Shown here: positions 40,422-51,367 of the stretch, piece by piece
Layout: each line of letters begins with the position of its first letter
Numbering within the stretch: the first letter of the stretch is position 1
DNA from: Alphaproteobacteria bacterium
GTDB taxonomy: Bacteria > Pseudomonadota > Alphaproteobacteria > UBA828
Reading direction: 5' to 3'
Length of the DNA: 64,000 bases
NCBI GenBank assembly: GCA_963422645.2
Contig: CAXXVO010000009.1
Span: 192,001-256,000, forward strand
Program-made: the position numbers and the translations under genes
The notes under the pieces: model-generated
What the model was told of the DNA's origin: nothing
Seen by the model: only the letters and a program-made list of their open reading frames with translations
Database searches by the model: none

Positions 40422-41393
40422 ATGCGGGATAGGCCCCCGCCGGCCGGCCCTCCGCGCTGGGCCGGGCCGTTTGCGCCGCTCCTCGCCGCCTATAACACCC
40501 TGCCGCCGCCGGCGCGCGGCATGCTGCTGCTGCTGGGCGCCACCGTCGGCTTCGCGTCGATGCACGCGGTGATCCGCATCGCATCGAGCGAGCAGCACCC
40601 CTTCGAGGTCGCGTTCTTCCGCAATTTCTTCGGCCTGCTCTTCATCGCACCCTTCCTGCTGCGCCACGGTTTCGGCGCGCTGCGGACGCAGAGGCTGCCG
40701 CTTCATGCGGCGCGCGGCGCGGTCCACGTCTCGGCCATGATGATGTTCTTCTACGCGGTGCCGATCACGCCGCTCGGCACCATCGCGGCGCTGAGCTTCA
40801 CGGCGCCGCTCTTCGTCACCGTTGCCGCGGTGCTGCTGCTGGGGGAGGCGGTGCGCATCCGGCGTATCGTCGCGCTGATCGCGGGCTTCGCCGGGGCCCT
40901 CATCATCATCCGCCCCGGTATGGCGGCGCTCGACCCCGGCTCGCTGCTGGTGCTTGGCTCGTCTGCCGTCTGGGCCTGCGCGATGATCCTGATCAAGCTG
41001 CTCTCGCGCACGGAATCGAGCCTGACGATGACCGCTTACATGGCGGTCTTCCTCACGCCGCTCTCCTCCATCGCGGCAGCCTTCGTCTGGCAATGGCCGA
41101 GCCTCGAAGACCTCGGCTGGTTCGCGCTGATGGGGAGCTTCGGCACCCTCGCCCATCTCTGTCTTGCCCAGGCCTTCCGCGAAGCCGACGCGACGGTCGT
41201 GCTCCCGGTCGATTTCCTCCGCCTGATCTGGTCGTCGCTCTACGGCTACCTGCTCTTCAACGAGGTGCCGGTGCTCTACGTCTGGATCGGCGGCATCGTC
41301 ATCTTCGTGAGCACGCTCTACCTCGCCTATCGCGAGGCCAAGGTGGCGCGGGAGACCATCGCCGCCAAGGCCGGCGCGCCGCCGCCGAGCTGA
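40422..41393 (+). CDS. DMT/EamA family transporter
   Basis: EVAFFRN, LGEAV..RR, hydrophobic helices. Confidence 0.9.
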   Translation: MRDRPPPAGPPRWAGPFAPLLAAYNTLPPPARGMLLLLGATVGFASMHAVIRIASSEQHPFEVAFFRNFFGLLFIAPFLLRHGFGALRTQRLPLHAARGAVHVSAMMMFFYAVPITPLGTIAALSFTAPLFVTVAAVLLLGEAVRIRRIVALIAGFAGALIIIRPGMAALDPGSLLVLGSSAVWACAMILIKLLSRTESSLTMTAYMAVFLTPLSSIAAAFVWQWPSLEDLGWFALMGSFGTLAHLCLAQAFREADATVVLPVDFLRLIWSSLYGYLLFNEVPVLYVWIGGIVIFVSTLYLAYREAKVARETIAAKAGAPPPS

Positions 41394-41471
41394 CGCCGTG
41401 CGGATTGGCGAGCGATCGATGGCCCCGCTATGCTGGCCTCACCCATGGGCTTCACCGCTGGAGAAGGTTCG

Positions 41472-42551
41472 ATGCAACTCGGTCTTTTCACCATGCCGTT
41501 GCACCCGCCGGGCGCGAACTTCACCGCGACGCTCAAGGCGGACCTGGATCAGATCATCAAGCTCGACGAGTTGGGTTATTCAGAGGTCTGGATCGGCGAG
41601 CACTTCACGTGCGAGTGGGAGAACATCCCCGCGCCGGACCTGCTCATCGCGCAGGCGCTCCCGTTGACGAAGCAGATCAGGCTCGGCACCGGCGTGAGCT
41701 GCATCCCGAACCACGACCCCTTCGTTCTCGCCCACCGCATCGCTCAGCTGGATCACATGGCGGAAGGCCGCTTCAACTGGGGTGTCGGCATCGGCAGCTT
41801 TCCCGGCGACATGATGGTCTTCGGCTACTGGGGCGAGAACGCGACCATCAACAACGCGAGCTACACGCGGGCCGCGCTCGACACGATCCTCAAGCTCTGG
41901 ACCGACCCCGAGCCCGGCGTCTACGAGAGCGACGGCTTTCGCTTCACTGTCCCCGAGACGATTACCGACTACGGGCTCAGGTTGCACGTCCGCCCCTATC
42001 AGAAGCCGCATCCGCCGATCGGAGTCGCCGGCGTCTCTGCGCGCTCGGGCACGCTGAAGATGGGTGCGGCCAAGGGCTATATGCCGATGTCCATCAACCT
42101 CGTGCCGCCGGTGCTGCTCAAGACCCACTGGGACGCGATCGAGGAGGGCGCACAGGCAGCGGGCCGCGCTCCCGACCCCGGCGCATGGCGCGTCGCCCGC
42201 GAGGTCGTGGTGGCGGAGACCGGCGCCAAGGCCCGAAAGCTGGCGATTGAAGGGGTTCTCGCGCGCGATTTTCGCGACTATTTCTTCCGCCTCCTGCCCA
42301 AGGTCGGCATGCTCCCGTTGCTGAAGAACGATCCGGACATGGCCGACAGCGACGTGACCATCGAGTACATGGTGGACAACGTCTTCATCGTCGGCAGCGT
42401 CGACGAGGTGGCGCAGAAGCTGAACGATCTCAGGGGCGAGATCGGCCCCTTCGGCACCCTGCTCGCCATGGGCCACGACTGGGAGCCCTACGAGGACTGG
42501 TACCAGTCCATGGCTCTGCTCAAGAACGAGGTGCTGCCCAAGGTTTCATAG
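41472..42551 (+). CDS. LLM-class flavin-dependent monooxygenase
   Basis: WIGEHF, IRLGTGV, LDHMAEGRFNWGVG, PYQKPHPP. Confidence 0.92.
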   Translation: MQLGLFTMPLHPPGANFTATLKADLDQIIKLDELGYSEVWIGEHFTCEWENIPAPDLLIAQALPLTKQIRLGTGVSCIPNHDPFVLAHRIAQLDHMAEGRFNWGVGIGSFPGDMMVFGYWGENATINNASYTRAALDTILKLWTDPEPGVYESDGFRFTVPETITDYGLRLHVRPYQKPHPPIGVAGVSARSGTLKMGAAKGYMPMSINLVPPVLLKTHWDAIEEGAQAAGRAPDPGAWRVAREVVVAETGAKARKLAIEGVLARDFRDYFFRLLPKVGMLPLLKNDPDMADSDVTIEYMVDNVFIVGSVDEVAQKLNDLRGEIGPFGTLLAMGHDWEPYEDWYQSMALLKNEVLPKVS

Positions 42552-42570
42552 CCGCAGGGCCGGCGCTGCT

Positions 42571-43563
42571 TCAAAGGGGAAGCCGGCTCGCCTCGACGAA
42601 GGGGGCGATGTCCGCTTCCGGGCGGGCGCCGTAGTGGCCGAGAATCTCGCCGGCGGTCAGCGCCGCAAGCCGCCCGCAGCGGGCGAGGTCGAAGCCGCGC
42701 GCCAAGCCTGAGAGGAAGCCCGCGGCGTAGAGGTCGCCCGCCCCGGTGGTATCCACGACCCGGCCGACTGGCGCGGCCTCGATGGTGTGGACCGCACCCC
42801 CGCCCGCAACCACCGAACCCTTGGCGCTGCGGGTGAGCGCGACGACGGCGCAGTCTGCCCGCGCCGCGTCGAGCGCCGCGTCGAAATCCGCGACCTCGTA
42901 GAGCGACATCGCCTCGTCTTCGTTCGCGAACAGGACATCGATGTGGTTCGCCACCAGATCGCGCAGCTCTTCCCGGTGGCGGTCGACGCAGAACGAGTCG
43001 GAGAGCGAGAGGCAGACCCGCCCGCCCGCGGCATGGGCGATTCCGAGCGCCTTGCGAAAGGCGTCCTTGGCTGCCGGCGGGTCCCAGAGGTAGCCCTCCA
43101 TGTAGAGGAGCCGGGCGCGGGCGATGAAGTCAGGGTCGATATCGGCAGGCCCAAGCTCGACGCAGGCGCCGAGATAGGTCGTCATCGTGCGCTGGGCGTC
43201 CGGCGTCACGAAGACGAGGCAGCGCGCGGTCGCGGCACCCTCTGCCGCCGCCGGGGTGGGGAAGCTGACACCCGCGGCCTCGATATCGCGGCGAAACACA
43301 GCACCCGCCGCGTCGTCCCGCACCTTGCCGACGTAACCGGCCGCTCCGCCCAGCCTCGCCACGCCCACCATGGTGTTGGCGGCGGAGCCGCCGCAGACCT
43401 CCACCGCAGCCCCCATGCGCGCGCGGAGCGCATCGGCGCGGGCGCCGTCGATTAGGGTCATCGAGCCCTTCGGCAGGTCCTCCTTGGCGAGCAGCGAGTC
43501 ATCGGCCTCGGCGACGGCATCGACGATGGCGTTGCCGATCCCGACGACATCCAGCGACCCCAT
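42571..43563 (-). CDS. PfkB family kinase (adenosine kinase-like)
   Basis: GIGNAIVD, GGSAANT, DTTGAGD. Confidence 0.92.
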   Translation of the reverse strand: MGSLDVVGIGNAIVDAVAEADDSLLAKEDLPKGSMTLIDGARADALRARMGAAVEVCGGSAANTMVGVARLGGAAGYVGKVRDDAAGAVFRRDIEAAGVSFPTPAAAEGAATARCLVFVTPDAQRTMTTYLGACVELGPADIDPDFIARARLLYMEGYLWDPPAAKDAFRKALGIAHAAGGRVCLSLSDSFCVDRHREELRDLVANHIDVLFANEDEAMSLYEVADFDAALDAARADCAVVALTRSAKGSVVAGGGAVHTIEAAPVGRVVDTTGAGDLYAAGFLSGLARGFDLARCGRLAALTAGEILGHYGARPEADIAPFVEASRLPL

Positions 43564-43723
43564 CCGCGTCTCCTCCTAGGATTGTTGCCGCCGGCGCGGC
43601 GGCGGCGGGACTATAGGGCGCAGGCCACCGGCGGCAAAGCCGGCGCCACAACACGCTCATGCCCGTCGCTTTCTCCGTCTGGCGCCTCCCTGTATCCTCG
43701 CGCGGCTTCAGCGGAGGAGGGCT

Positions 43724-45451
43724 ATGGCGAGTTCGATCGAGGCGCGAAAGACCAGACGCCGGTTGTGGGCTGGCGCGGACCCCGCACAGCGGGGAGACTT
43801 GGCGAACCGCGCCTACACCGGCGGCGATGCGTTGGTCGCGACCCTTCTCGACCACGGCGTGGATACCGCGTTCGGCGTGCCGGGCGAGAGCTACCTCGCC
43901 GTGCTGGAAGCGCTGCGGGCGGCGCAGGATCGGCTCCGCTTCGTCATCACGCGCCACGAATCCGGTGCCACCTTCGCCGCTTGCGCCTACGCCCGTCTCG
44001 CGCGCAAGCCGGGCGTCGCCTTCGTGACCCGCGGGCCCGGCGCCACCAATGCCTCCATCGGTATCCACACCGCGCGCCAGGATTCGGTGCCGCTCGTGGT
44101 CTTCATCGGCCAGGTCCCGTCGGATCAGCGCGGCCGCGAGTCCTTCCAGGAGATCGACTACCACCGCATGCTCGGGCCGATGACCAAGGCGGTGTTCGAG
44201 CCCCACGCGCCGCACGAGGTTGCGGCGGCGGCGGCGGAAGCCCTCGCCATTGCGACGGACGGCAGGCCGGGGCCGGTCGCGGTGGCGCTGCCGGAGGACG
44301 TGACCGAAGGCGAGACCAACGACGCAGCGGTGCCTGAGCCCCGCCCGCGCCGCGCCATTCCGGCCGCGCCCCACGACATCCGCGCCATCGCCGAGCGGAT
44401 CGCGCAGGCCGAGCGACCCGTCGCGGTCGCGGGCGAGATGGTGGGCTTCGAGGGCGCCAACGAGGCGCTCGCCGCCTTCGCCGAGGCCTATGGCGTAGGC
44501 GTGCTCAGCTCCTTCCGCCAGCAGGGGGTGGTGCCGTGCGCGCACCCCGCCTATCTGGGGACGCTCGGCCTCGCGCTCCCGCCTTATCAGGAGGACCTGC
44601 TGGCCGAGGCGGACCTCCTGCTCGCGCTCGGCACCCGGCTCGACCTCGCCACAACGGTCGATGACCGCGTGATCCACGAGGCCCGCTTCGTGGTTCACGT
44701 CTATCCGGACGCGGACGCGCTGGCCGCCGCCGGGGCCGGCCTTCAGGTCTGCAGCGATGTGGTGCCGGTACTGGCCGGCCTCATCGCCGCGGCGCCCGAG
44801 GCGCCGCCTGCCCCCCGCAGCGCCTGGCGGGCGGCGCAGCGCGCGGCGTTCGACGGGTTCCGGCAGGAGTCCGCAGGGCCGGCGCTCGGTTCGGTCGATC
44901 TCGCCTCGGTGGTGCAGACGCTCGCCGAGCAGGTTCCGCAGGACGCCACCATCGTCAACGACGCGGGCAACTTCTCGACCTGGCTGCTGCGCCACTTCCC
45001 CTACGAACATCCGCTGGCCCAGGCAGCGCCGTCGGTGGGCGCGATGGGCTACGGCGTGCCCGGCGCGATCGGCGCCCAGCTCGCGAGGCCCGGCAAGCGA
45101 GTCGTGGCGCTCGCCGGCGACGGCGGCTTCGGCATGACCGGGCAGGAGCTGATTACGGCGGTCGGCAATCGCCTGCCGATCGTCGTGCTGGTGTGCGACA
45201 ACGGCGTCTACGGCACCATCGCCATGCACCAGTACAACCGCTACGGCGCCGATGCGACCTACGGCGTCGCCCTCAGCAGCCCCGACTTCGCGGCCGCCGC
45301 GCGCGCCTGGGGCGCCGATGCCTGGACGGTCGAGACCACCGAGGCCTTCGCGCCTGCCCTGGAGGAGGCGCTGGCGGCGGACGGCCCCGCACTGATCCAC
45401 CTCAAGACCGACATACGCGACCTCGCGGCCTCGGGCGCCAAGATGCAGTGA
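43724..45451 (+). CDS. Thiamine-diphosphate enzyme (acetolactate synthase-like)
   Basis: FGVPGESYL, RHE, TRGPG, GDGG; start uncertain. Confidence 0.9.
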   Translation: MASSIEARKTRRRLWAGADPAQRGDLANRAYTGGDALVATLLDHGVDTAFGVPGESYLAVLEALRAAQDRLRFVITRHESGATFAACAYARLARKPGVAFVTRGPGATNASIGIHTARQDSVPLVVFIGQVPSDQRGRESFQEIDYHRMLGPMTKAVFEPHAPHEVAAAAAEALAIATDGRPGPVAVALPEDVTEGETNDAAVPEPRPRRAIPAAPHDIRAIAERIAQAERPVAVAGEMVGFEGANEALAAFAEAYGVGVLSSFRQQGVVPCAHPAYLGTLGLALPPYQEDLLAEADLLLALGTRLDLATTVDDRVIHEARFVVHVYPDADALAAAGAGLQVCSDVVPVLAGLIAAAPEAPPAPRSAWRAAQRAAFDGFRQESAGPALGSVDLASVVQTLAEQVPQDATIVNDAGNFSTWLLRHFPYEHPLAQAAPSVGAMGYGVPGAIGAQLARPGKRVVALAGDGGFGMTGQELITAVGNRLPIVVLVCDNGVYGTIAMHQYNRYGADATYGVALSSPDFAAAARAWGADAWTVETTEAFAPALEEALAADGPALIHLKTDIRDLAASGAKMQ

Positions 45452-45453
45452 CC

Positions 45454-46677
45454 ATGGCCGCTGGCCACGACGAGACGGACGACGCGGCGGAGGCCGGCGA
45501 GGAAGGTCCGGCGCCGGAGGAAGCGCCGGTCGAAGCCCATGTTCTAAGCTCCATCTCCCAGGTGGACGCGGCCGCCTGGGATCGCTGCGCCGGCCCCGAC
45601 AACCCCTTTGTCCGACACGCTTTTCTCGCCGTTCTGGAAGAGAGCGGCTCGAGCACGATCGAGACCGGCTGGCACCCCCGGCATATCGTCCTCAAGACCC
45701 CGCAAGGCGCTGTCCTCGGCGCCGTGCCGATGTATCTCAAGAACCATTCCTACGGCGAGTACGTCTTCGACCACGGCTGGGCGGACGCGTTCGCGCGGGC
45801 GGGCGGCCGCTACTACCCCAAGCTCCAGGTCTCGGTCCCCTTCACGCCGGTGACCGGGCCGCGCCTGCTGGCGCCACCGGGGCCGGGCTCGGAAGCGGTG
45901 CGGACGGCACTGCTCTCCACCTGTGTCGGCATCTGCGACCAGATCGGCGTCTCCTCGGTGCATATCACCTTCCCCACCGAGGACGAGTTCGACCTGATGG
46001 GGGACGCCGGGCTCCTGCAACGCACCGGCATCCAGTTCCACTGGCTCAACGAGGGCTACGAGAGCTTCGACGATTTCCTCGCGAGCCTCGCCTCGCGCAA
46101 GCGCAAGCAGATCCGCAAGGAGCGGCAGGCCGTCGCCGACGCCGGCCTCACGATCACGGCCCTGGCAGGGAGCGAGATCGAGGAGCGCCACTGGGATGCC
46201 TTCTTCGACTTTTACCAGGCGACCGGCAGCCGCAAGTGGGGGGTGCCTTACCTCACGCGCGAGTTCTTCAGCCTGCTCGGCGAGCGGATGGCCGACGCGG
46301 TGGTGCTCATAATGGTGGAGCGGGAGGGCCGGCCCATCGCGGGCGCGCTCAACCTGGCGGGCTCGGATGCGCTCTACGGCCGCAACTGGGGCTGTGTCGA
46401 GGAGCACCGCTTCCTGCACTTCGAGGCCTGCTACTACCGCGCCATCGACTACGCCATCGCCCATGGGCTGAAGCGCGTCGAGGCCGGCGCCCAGGGTCCG
46501 CACAAGCTCGCGCGCGGCTACCTGCCGGTGCCCACCTATTCCGCGCACTGGGTCGCCAACGAGAGCCTGCGCGATGCGGTCGCCCACTACCTCGACCACG
46601 AGACCCGGGAGATCGACCGCGAAATTTCCGTGCTGGAGCGGCACGGCCCCTTCCGCCAGAGCGACGACGCGGCGTGA
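45454..46677 (+). CDS. GNAT/FemAB-like protein (DUF482)
   Basis: HSYGEYVFDHGWA, PFTPVTGPR, LYGRNWG, EAGAQG.HK. Confidence 0.92.
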   Translation: MAAGHDETDDAAEAGEEGPAPEEAPVEAHVLSSISQVDAAAWDRCAGPDNPFVRHAFLAVLEESGSSTIETGWHPRHIVLKTPQGAVLGAVPMYLKNHSYGEYVFDHGWADAFARAGGRYYPKLQVSVPFTPVTGPRLLAPPGPGSEAVRTALLSTCVGICDQIGVSSVHITFPTEDEFDLMGDAGLLQRTGIQFHWLNEGYESFDDFLASLASRKRKQIRKERQAVADAGLTITALAGSEIEERHWDAFFDFYQATGSRKWGVPYLTREFFSLLGERMADAVVLIMVEREGRPIAGALNLAGSDALYGRNWGCVEEHRFLHFEACYYRAIDYAIAHGLKRVEAGAQGPHKLARGYLPVPTYSAHWVANESLRDAVAHYLDHETREIDREISVLERHGPFRQSDDAA

Positions 46678-46768
46678 ACGGGACCCGCACCCGCAGGCCG
46701 CTTGCAGAGCGTGCGACAGCGCCCCAAGATCGCCCCCACACCAACCGCTGCCCCCGAGGAGAGACCGA

Positions 46769-48118
46769 ATGGACGCCTCCAATCTCGACGCGCTGACCCG
46801 CGACGCGCTCGACTACTTCCTGTTCCCGCTCGCGAGCAAAGAAGAGATCCGCACGCAGGGTCCGATGATCTTCACCAGCGCCGAGGGGATGGAGATCACC
46901 GACGCAGGCGGCAAGACCTACCTCGACATGATGAGCTGCCACACCAGGGCAGGCTCCCTCGGCTACGGGCAGGAGCGCATCGCGCGCGCGATCTACGACC
47001 AGCTCGTGTCTCTCCACTACGCCGGCACCATCGCCAATGTCGTGGATGTCACGGTCAATCTCTCGGCCAAGATGGCGGACCTGGCACCGGGCTCGCTCAC
47101 CTCGACGGTGTTCGCCGGCAGCGGTTCGGAAGCCAACGAGATGTCGATCAAGCTCGCCCGGCAGTATCACATCGCCAAGGGCGACAAGCCGCACGCACAT
47201 AAGGTCATCTCACGCTGGAACGCCTATCACGGCGCCACCATGGGCGCGATCGGCTGCACCGACTATCTGGGCACCCGCGCCATCACCGAGCCGGGCGTTC
47301 CCGGCTACAGCCGCGTCCCCGCGCCTAACCTCTACCGCACGCCCTTCGGCATGGACCCCTCCGAGGTCTGCGACTACTGCGTGGACTTCCTGGAGCAGCA
47401 CATCATCCACGAGGGGCCGGAGATGGTCTCCGCCTTCATCGCCGAGCCGGTGATGCAGGGAGATGGCGTGCAGGTGCCGCCCGACGATTACTTCGCGCGC
47501 GTGCGCGAGGTCTGCGACAAGTACGACGTCATGCTGATCGGCGACGAGGTGATCACCGGTTTCGGCCGCTGCGGCTACTGGTTCACGCTGGAGCACTGGG
47601 GTGTCGAGTGCGACATCATGAGCACGGCGAAGGCGATCACCGCCGGCTACTTCCCGCTCGGCGCGTCGACGGTAAGCCGCAAGGTGGCGGACACGCTGCC
47701 GGCCTTCAACCACATCCAGACCTACAACGGCCACCCCGGCGCCTGCGCCGCGGCGATGGCCACCATCGACATCCTGGAAAGCGATAACCTGATCGAACGC
47801 GGGCGGGAGACCGGCGCCTACTTCCTGGACGCGCTGCAGCGGCTCCGCGATCTGCCCATCGTCGGCGACCTGCGCGGGCTCGGCATGTGGACCTGCATCG
47901 ACTTTACCGTCGACAAGGAGACCAAGGCGCCCTTCACCGACGACACGATCAAGGCGATCACCCGGCGCATGGCCGATCTCGGCGTACTCGGCGGCGAGGA
48001 GGGCACGGCCATCGAGTTCGGCCCGGCTCTCGTCGCGAGCCGCGAGGACGTCGACCGCTGCGTCGATGTGGCGGAGCAGGCGATCCGCGAGGTGATGGCG
48101 GACCGGAACCTGGGCTAG
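46769..48118 (+). CDS. Class III PLP aminotransferase
   Basis: SGSEANE, AYHG, DEVITGFGR, AKAIT. Confidence 0.93.
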   Translation: MDASNLDALTRDALDYFLFPLASKEEIRTQGPMIFTSAEGMEITDAGGKTYLDMMSCHTRAGSLGYGQERIARAIYDQLVSLHYAGTIANVVDVTVNLSAKMADLAPGSLTSTVFAGSGSEANEMSIKLARQYHIAKGDKPHAHKVISRWNAYHGATMGAIGCTDYLGTRAITEPGVPGYSRVPAPNLYRTPFGMDPSEVCDYCVDFLEQHIIHEGPEMVSAFIAEPVMQGDGVQVPPDDYFARVREVCDKYDVMLIGDEVITGFGRCGYWFTLEHWGVECDIMSTAKAITAGYFPLGASTVSRKVADTLPAFNHIQTYNGHPGACAAAMATIDILESDNLIERGRETGAYFLDALQRLRDLPIVGDLRGLGMWTCIDFTVDKETKAPFTDDTIKAITRRMADLGVLGGEEGTAIEFGPALVASREDVDRCVDVAEQAIREVMADRNLG

Positions 48119-48212
48119 GCGCCAACTGGCACCGCTGGCTTGCCGGGGTCACGGTCCGCGCTGAGGAGAAGACGCCCGCCTCCGCCTGTCGCCCCTTCTC
48201 CGGAGGCCGCCC

Positions 48213-49265
48213 GTGCCGCTTCTGACCACCTGTATCGGCTCCTATCCCAAGCCGCCCTACGTGCCGCGCATGGATTGGATGCACGGGGGTCTCGAGGTCG
48301 GTGAGGTCGAGGGAGAGGCTCTATCGCCGGAGGAGCGGCAGGCCGCGTTCGACCACGCGACAAGGGAGGTCGTCGCCGAGCAGGCCGCCATCGGAATCGA
48401 CATTCCGACGGACGGCGAAGTGCGCCGCGCCAACTACATCCACTACCACTGCAGCCATCTGGAGGGCTTCGAGCCCGACAGGCTGACGCTCTGCACCATG
48501 CGGGGCGGCGCCTGGATTGCCAAGGTTCCCACCTTCACGGGCAGGGTCGCGGCGCGCGCGCCCTTCCTGGTGCGCGACTGGAAGGTCGCGCAGGCGGCGA
48601 CGGAGAAGCCCGTCAAGATCACCGTGCCCGGGCCGCTCACGATCGCGGATTCGACCGCCAATACCTTCTATCCCGACCGCCGGTCCTGGTGCGCGGCGCT
48701 CGCCGACGCGCTTAACGTGGAGATCAGGCGCCTGGCCGACGCGGGCTGCCGCCACATCCAGGTCGACGAGCCCCTCTTCGCGCGCCTGCCGGACCAGGCG
48801 CTCGACTTCGGGATCGAGAACCTGGAGCGCTGCTTTCACGGCATGCCCGGCGGCGTTACCCGCACCATGCACATGTGCTGCGGCTATCCCGACAAGCTGG
48901 ACGAAACCGACTACGTGAAGGCCGACCCGGAGGTCTACCGGCGGCTCGCCGGCGCGGTGGAGGCCAGCATCGTCGACGCGGTCTCCATCGAGGACGCGCA
49001 CCGGCACAACGATCTGTGCCTGCTCGACACCTTCTCCCGCACCACGGTCATCCTGGGCGTGGTCGAGATCGCCTCCAGCCGGGTCGAGACTGTGGACGAG
49101 ATCGCAGCCCGCCTGCGCGCGGCGCTCGACCATATCGATACCGACCGGCTGATCGCCGCGCCCGATTGCGGCCTCATCATGCTGGGCTCCGAACTCTCGA
49201 AAGCCAAGCTCGGCCGCCTCGTCGAGGCCGCGCGCGCAGTCAGTCCAGGATCACGCCGGGGTTGA
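48213..49265 (+). CDS. Cobalamin-independent methionine synthase II family (MetE C-terminal-like)
   Basis: IGSYPKP, TDGE.RR, QVDEP, HMC, APDCG. Confidence 0.9.
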   Translation: MPLLTTCIGSYPKPPYVPRMDWMHGGLEVGEVEGEALSPEERQAAFDHATREVVAEQAAIGIDIPTDGEVRRANYIHYHCSHLEGFEPDRLTLCTMRGGAWIAKVPTFTGRVAARAPFLVRDWKVAQAATEKPVKITVPGPLTIADSTANTFYPDRRSWCAALADALNVEIRRLADAGCRHIQVDEPLFARLPDQALDFGIENLERCFHGMPGGVTRTMHMCCGYPDKLDETDYVKADPEVYRRLAGAVEASIVDAVSIEDAHRHNDLCLLDTFSRTTVILGVVEIASSRVETVDEIAARLRAALDHIDTDRLIAAPDCGLIMLGSELSKAKLGRLVEAARAVSPGSRRG

Positions 49266-50637
49266 GGATGCCCTTGGGGTCGAGGGTGTGCTTGAGCGTG
49301 CGCATCAGCGCGATCTCCTCGGCCGTGCGGGCGAGCGGCAGGTAGGCGCGCTTCATCACGCCGATACCGTGCTCGGCGCTGATGCTGCCCTGGCGCGAGT
49401 GCACGGCGGCGTAGATCGCGTCGGCCAGCGCGGGCTCCATGGCGAGAAAGTCGTCGTCGGCGAGCCCCGGCTCCTGCGCCATGTTGACGTGGACGTTGCC
49501 GTCGCCGAGATGGCCGAAGAGCACCACCCGCACGCCCGCGAACCCCTCGGCCAGCGCTTCCATCTCGCCGAGGAAGGCGGGGATCACGCCGGGCGGCACG
49601 GTCACGTCGAACTTGTGGGTGAGCCCGCGGCGGCTCACCGCCTCGGTCGGCGCCTCGCGCACGCGCCAGATGGCCCGCGCCTGCGCCTCGGAGCCCGCGA
49701 CCACGGCGTCGGCGATCAACCCGGCCTCCAACAGGCTTTCCAGTCCCGTGGCGAAGGCCTCGCCCGCGGCCTCGCCCGACGCGGATTCCTCCTCGATCAC
49801 GACGAGGCTCTCGTGGTCGCCGTCGAGGGGGATGCGGAGGTCCGGATCCGCCGCCCGCACATAGGCCACGGTCTTGCCGTCGATGAACTCCAGCGACGAG
49901 AGGCGGGGGAAGCGCGCCCGCGCCGCCTGGAGCAGGGCGGGCAGGAGGTCGCGGCGGGCGAGCCCGGCGAGCGCGGTCTGAAACGCCTCCGGCGCCGGCT
50001 GCACCTGCAGCACGGCGCGGGTGATGACGCCCAACGTCCCCTCCGAGCCGATGAAGACCTGCTTCAGGTCGAGGCCGGTGTTGTTCTTCTTCAGGATGTT
50101 GAGGCCGCTGACGACCGTGCCGTCGGCCAACACGACCTCGAGCCCCCGCACCTGCTCCCGCATATGGCCGTAGCGCAGCACCTTAACCCCGCCGGCGTTG
50201 GTCGCGATCATGCCCCCGATCTGGCATGACCCGCGCCCGCCGAGGTCCACCGGCATGTCGTAGCCCCGCTCGGCGAGGTAGGTCTGCAGCGTCTCCAGCA
50301 CGACGCCGGCCTGCACCCTGACGGTGGCCGAGGCCTCGTCGAACGCCTCGATCTCGTTCAGCCGCTCGACGCTCAGCACCACCTCGCCTGCGCGGGGCAC
50401 GCCGCCGCCCACCATCCCGGTGTTGCCGGCCTGGGGCACCACCGGCACGTCGAGCTCGGTGCAGGCGGCCAGCACCGCCGAGACCTCCTCGGTCGTGCGC
50501 GGGCGCACCACCAGCGGCGCGTGGCCCGCGTACTTGCCGATCCAGTCCCTGGCGTAGCGGGCCGTGTCGGCGGGGTCGTCGAGATAGAGCGCCGGGTCGC
50601 CGAGCCTCGCCCGCAGCCTCTCGTGAGGTGCCGTCAT
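49240..50637 (-). CDS. FAD-linked oxidase (D-2-hydroxyacid dehydrogenase-like)
   Basis: GNTGMVGG, TNAGG, GSEGTLG, GHLGDGN.H, SAEHGIG. Confidence 0.93.
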   Translation of the reverse strand: MTAPHERLRARLGDPALYLDDPADTARYARDWIGKYAGHAPLVVRPRTTEEVSAVLAACTELDVPVVPQAGNTGMVGGGVPRAGEVVLSVERLNEIEAFDEASATVRVQAGVVLETLQTYLAERGYDMPVDLGGRGSCQIGGMIATNAGGVKVLRYGHMREQVRGLEVVLADGTVVSGLNILKKNNTGLDLKQVFIGSEGTLGVITRAVLQVQPAPEAFQTALAGLARRDLLPALLQAARARFPRLSSLEFIDGKTVAYVRAADPDLRIPLDGDHESLVVIEEESASGEAAGEAFATGLESLLEAGLIADAVVAGSEAQARAIWRVREAPTEAVSRRGLTHKFDVTVPPGVIPAFLGEMEALAEGFAGVRVVLFGHLGDGNVHVNMAQEPGLADDDFLAMEPALADAIYAAVHSRQGSISAEHGIGVMKRAYLPLARTAEEIALMRTLKHTLDPKGILNPGVILD

Positions 50638-50715
50638 CGTGCACTCCGTTCGGCAGGGGTGCGGTTTTGCGGCACTATGGGGCTGAGGTCAAACGGCGAG
50701 GGCGGAGCGCGGCAT

Positions 50716-51357
50716 ATGAGCGTCAAGGTGTTGTTTCTCGACTACGACGGCGTGATCGCCGACAGCATGGGGGCCAAGGCGGAGGCCCTGGCCGATGCTT
50801 TCGCACCCTATACCCAGGATCGCGCCGGGGTCGCCGACGGCTTCAGGCGCCACGCCGGGAGTGGCCGGGAGCTCATTTTCGACCGCATCTACGAGGACCT
50901 GATCGGGTCGCCGCTCGACGAGGCTTCGCGCCGGCGCATCTTGCGTGTGTTTCTCGCCCGCATCGACGCCATCAACGCGGCCATCCGCCTCTTCCCCGGC
51001 GTCCACGGCTTCATTGAAGGCCAGGCGGCGAAGCGGCTCGTCGCCGTGGTGACAGGCGTGCCGCAGGAGGAGGCCCGGCGGCAGCTCGAGCGCCTGGGCC
51101 TCGCACCCTTCCTCGCCTCGGTTCACGGGGCGACGCGCGAGACGCCGAAGCACATCCACATGGGGCGCTTCCTGGAGGCCCGCGCCATCGCGCCGGCGGA
51201 CTCGCTCTTCGTGGGCGATTCCCACGCCGACATGCGCGAGGCAGAGCTGGCCGGCGTCCCCTTCGTCGGCATCGGCGAGGCGGCGTTCTTCGCCGAGGGC
51301 GCGCCGCTCGCCGTGCTTACCAGCCTGCCCGACCTCGCAGCCGTGCTGGACGAGTAG
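50716..51357 (+). CDS. HAD family hydrolase
   Basis: LDYDGVIADS, VGDSHAD. Confidence 0.9.
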   Translation: MSVKVLFLDYDGVIADSMGAKAEALADAFAPYTQDRAGVADGFRRHAGSGRELIFDRIYEDLIGSPLDEASRRRILRVFLARIDAINAAIRLFPGVHGFIEGQAAKRLVAVVTGVPQEEARRQLERLGLAPFLASVHGATRETPKHIHMGRFLEARAIAPADSLFVGDSHADMREAELAGVPFVGIGEAAFFAEGAPLAVLTSLPDLAAVLDE

Positions 51358-51367
51358 AGCCGCGCGC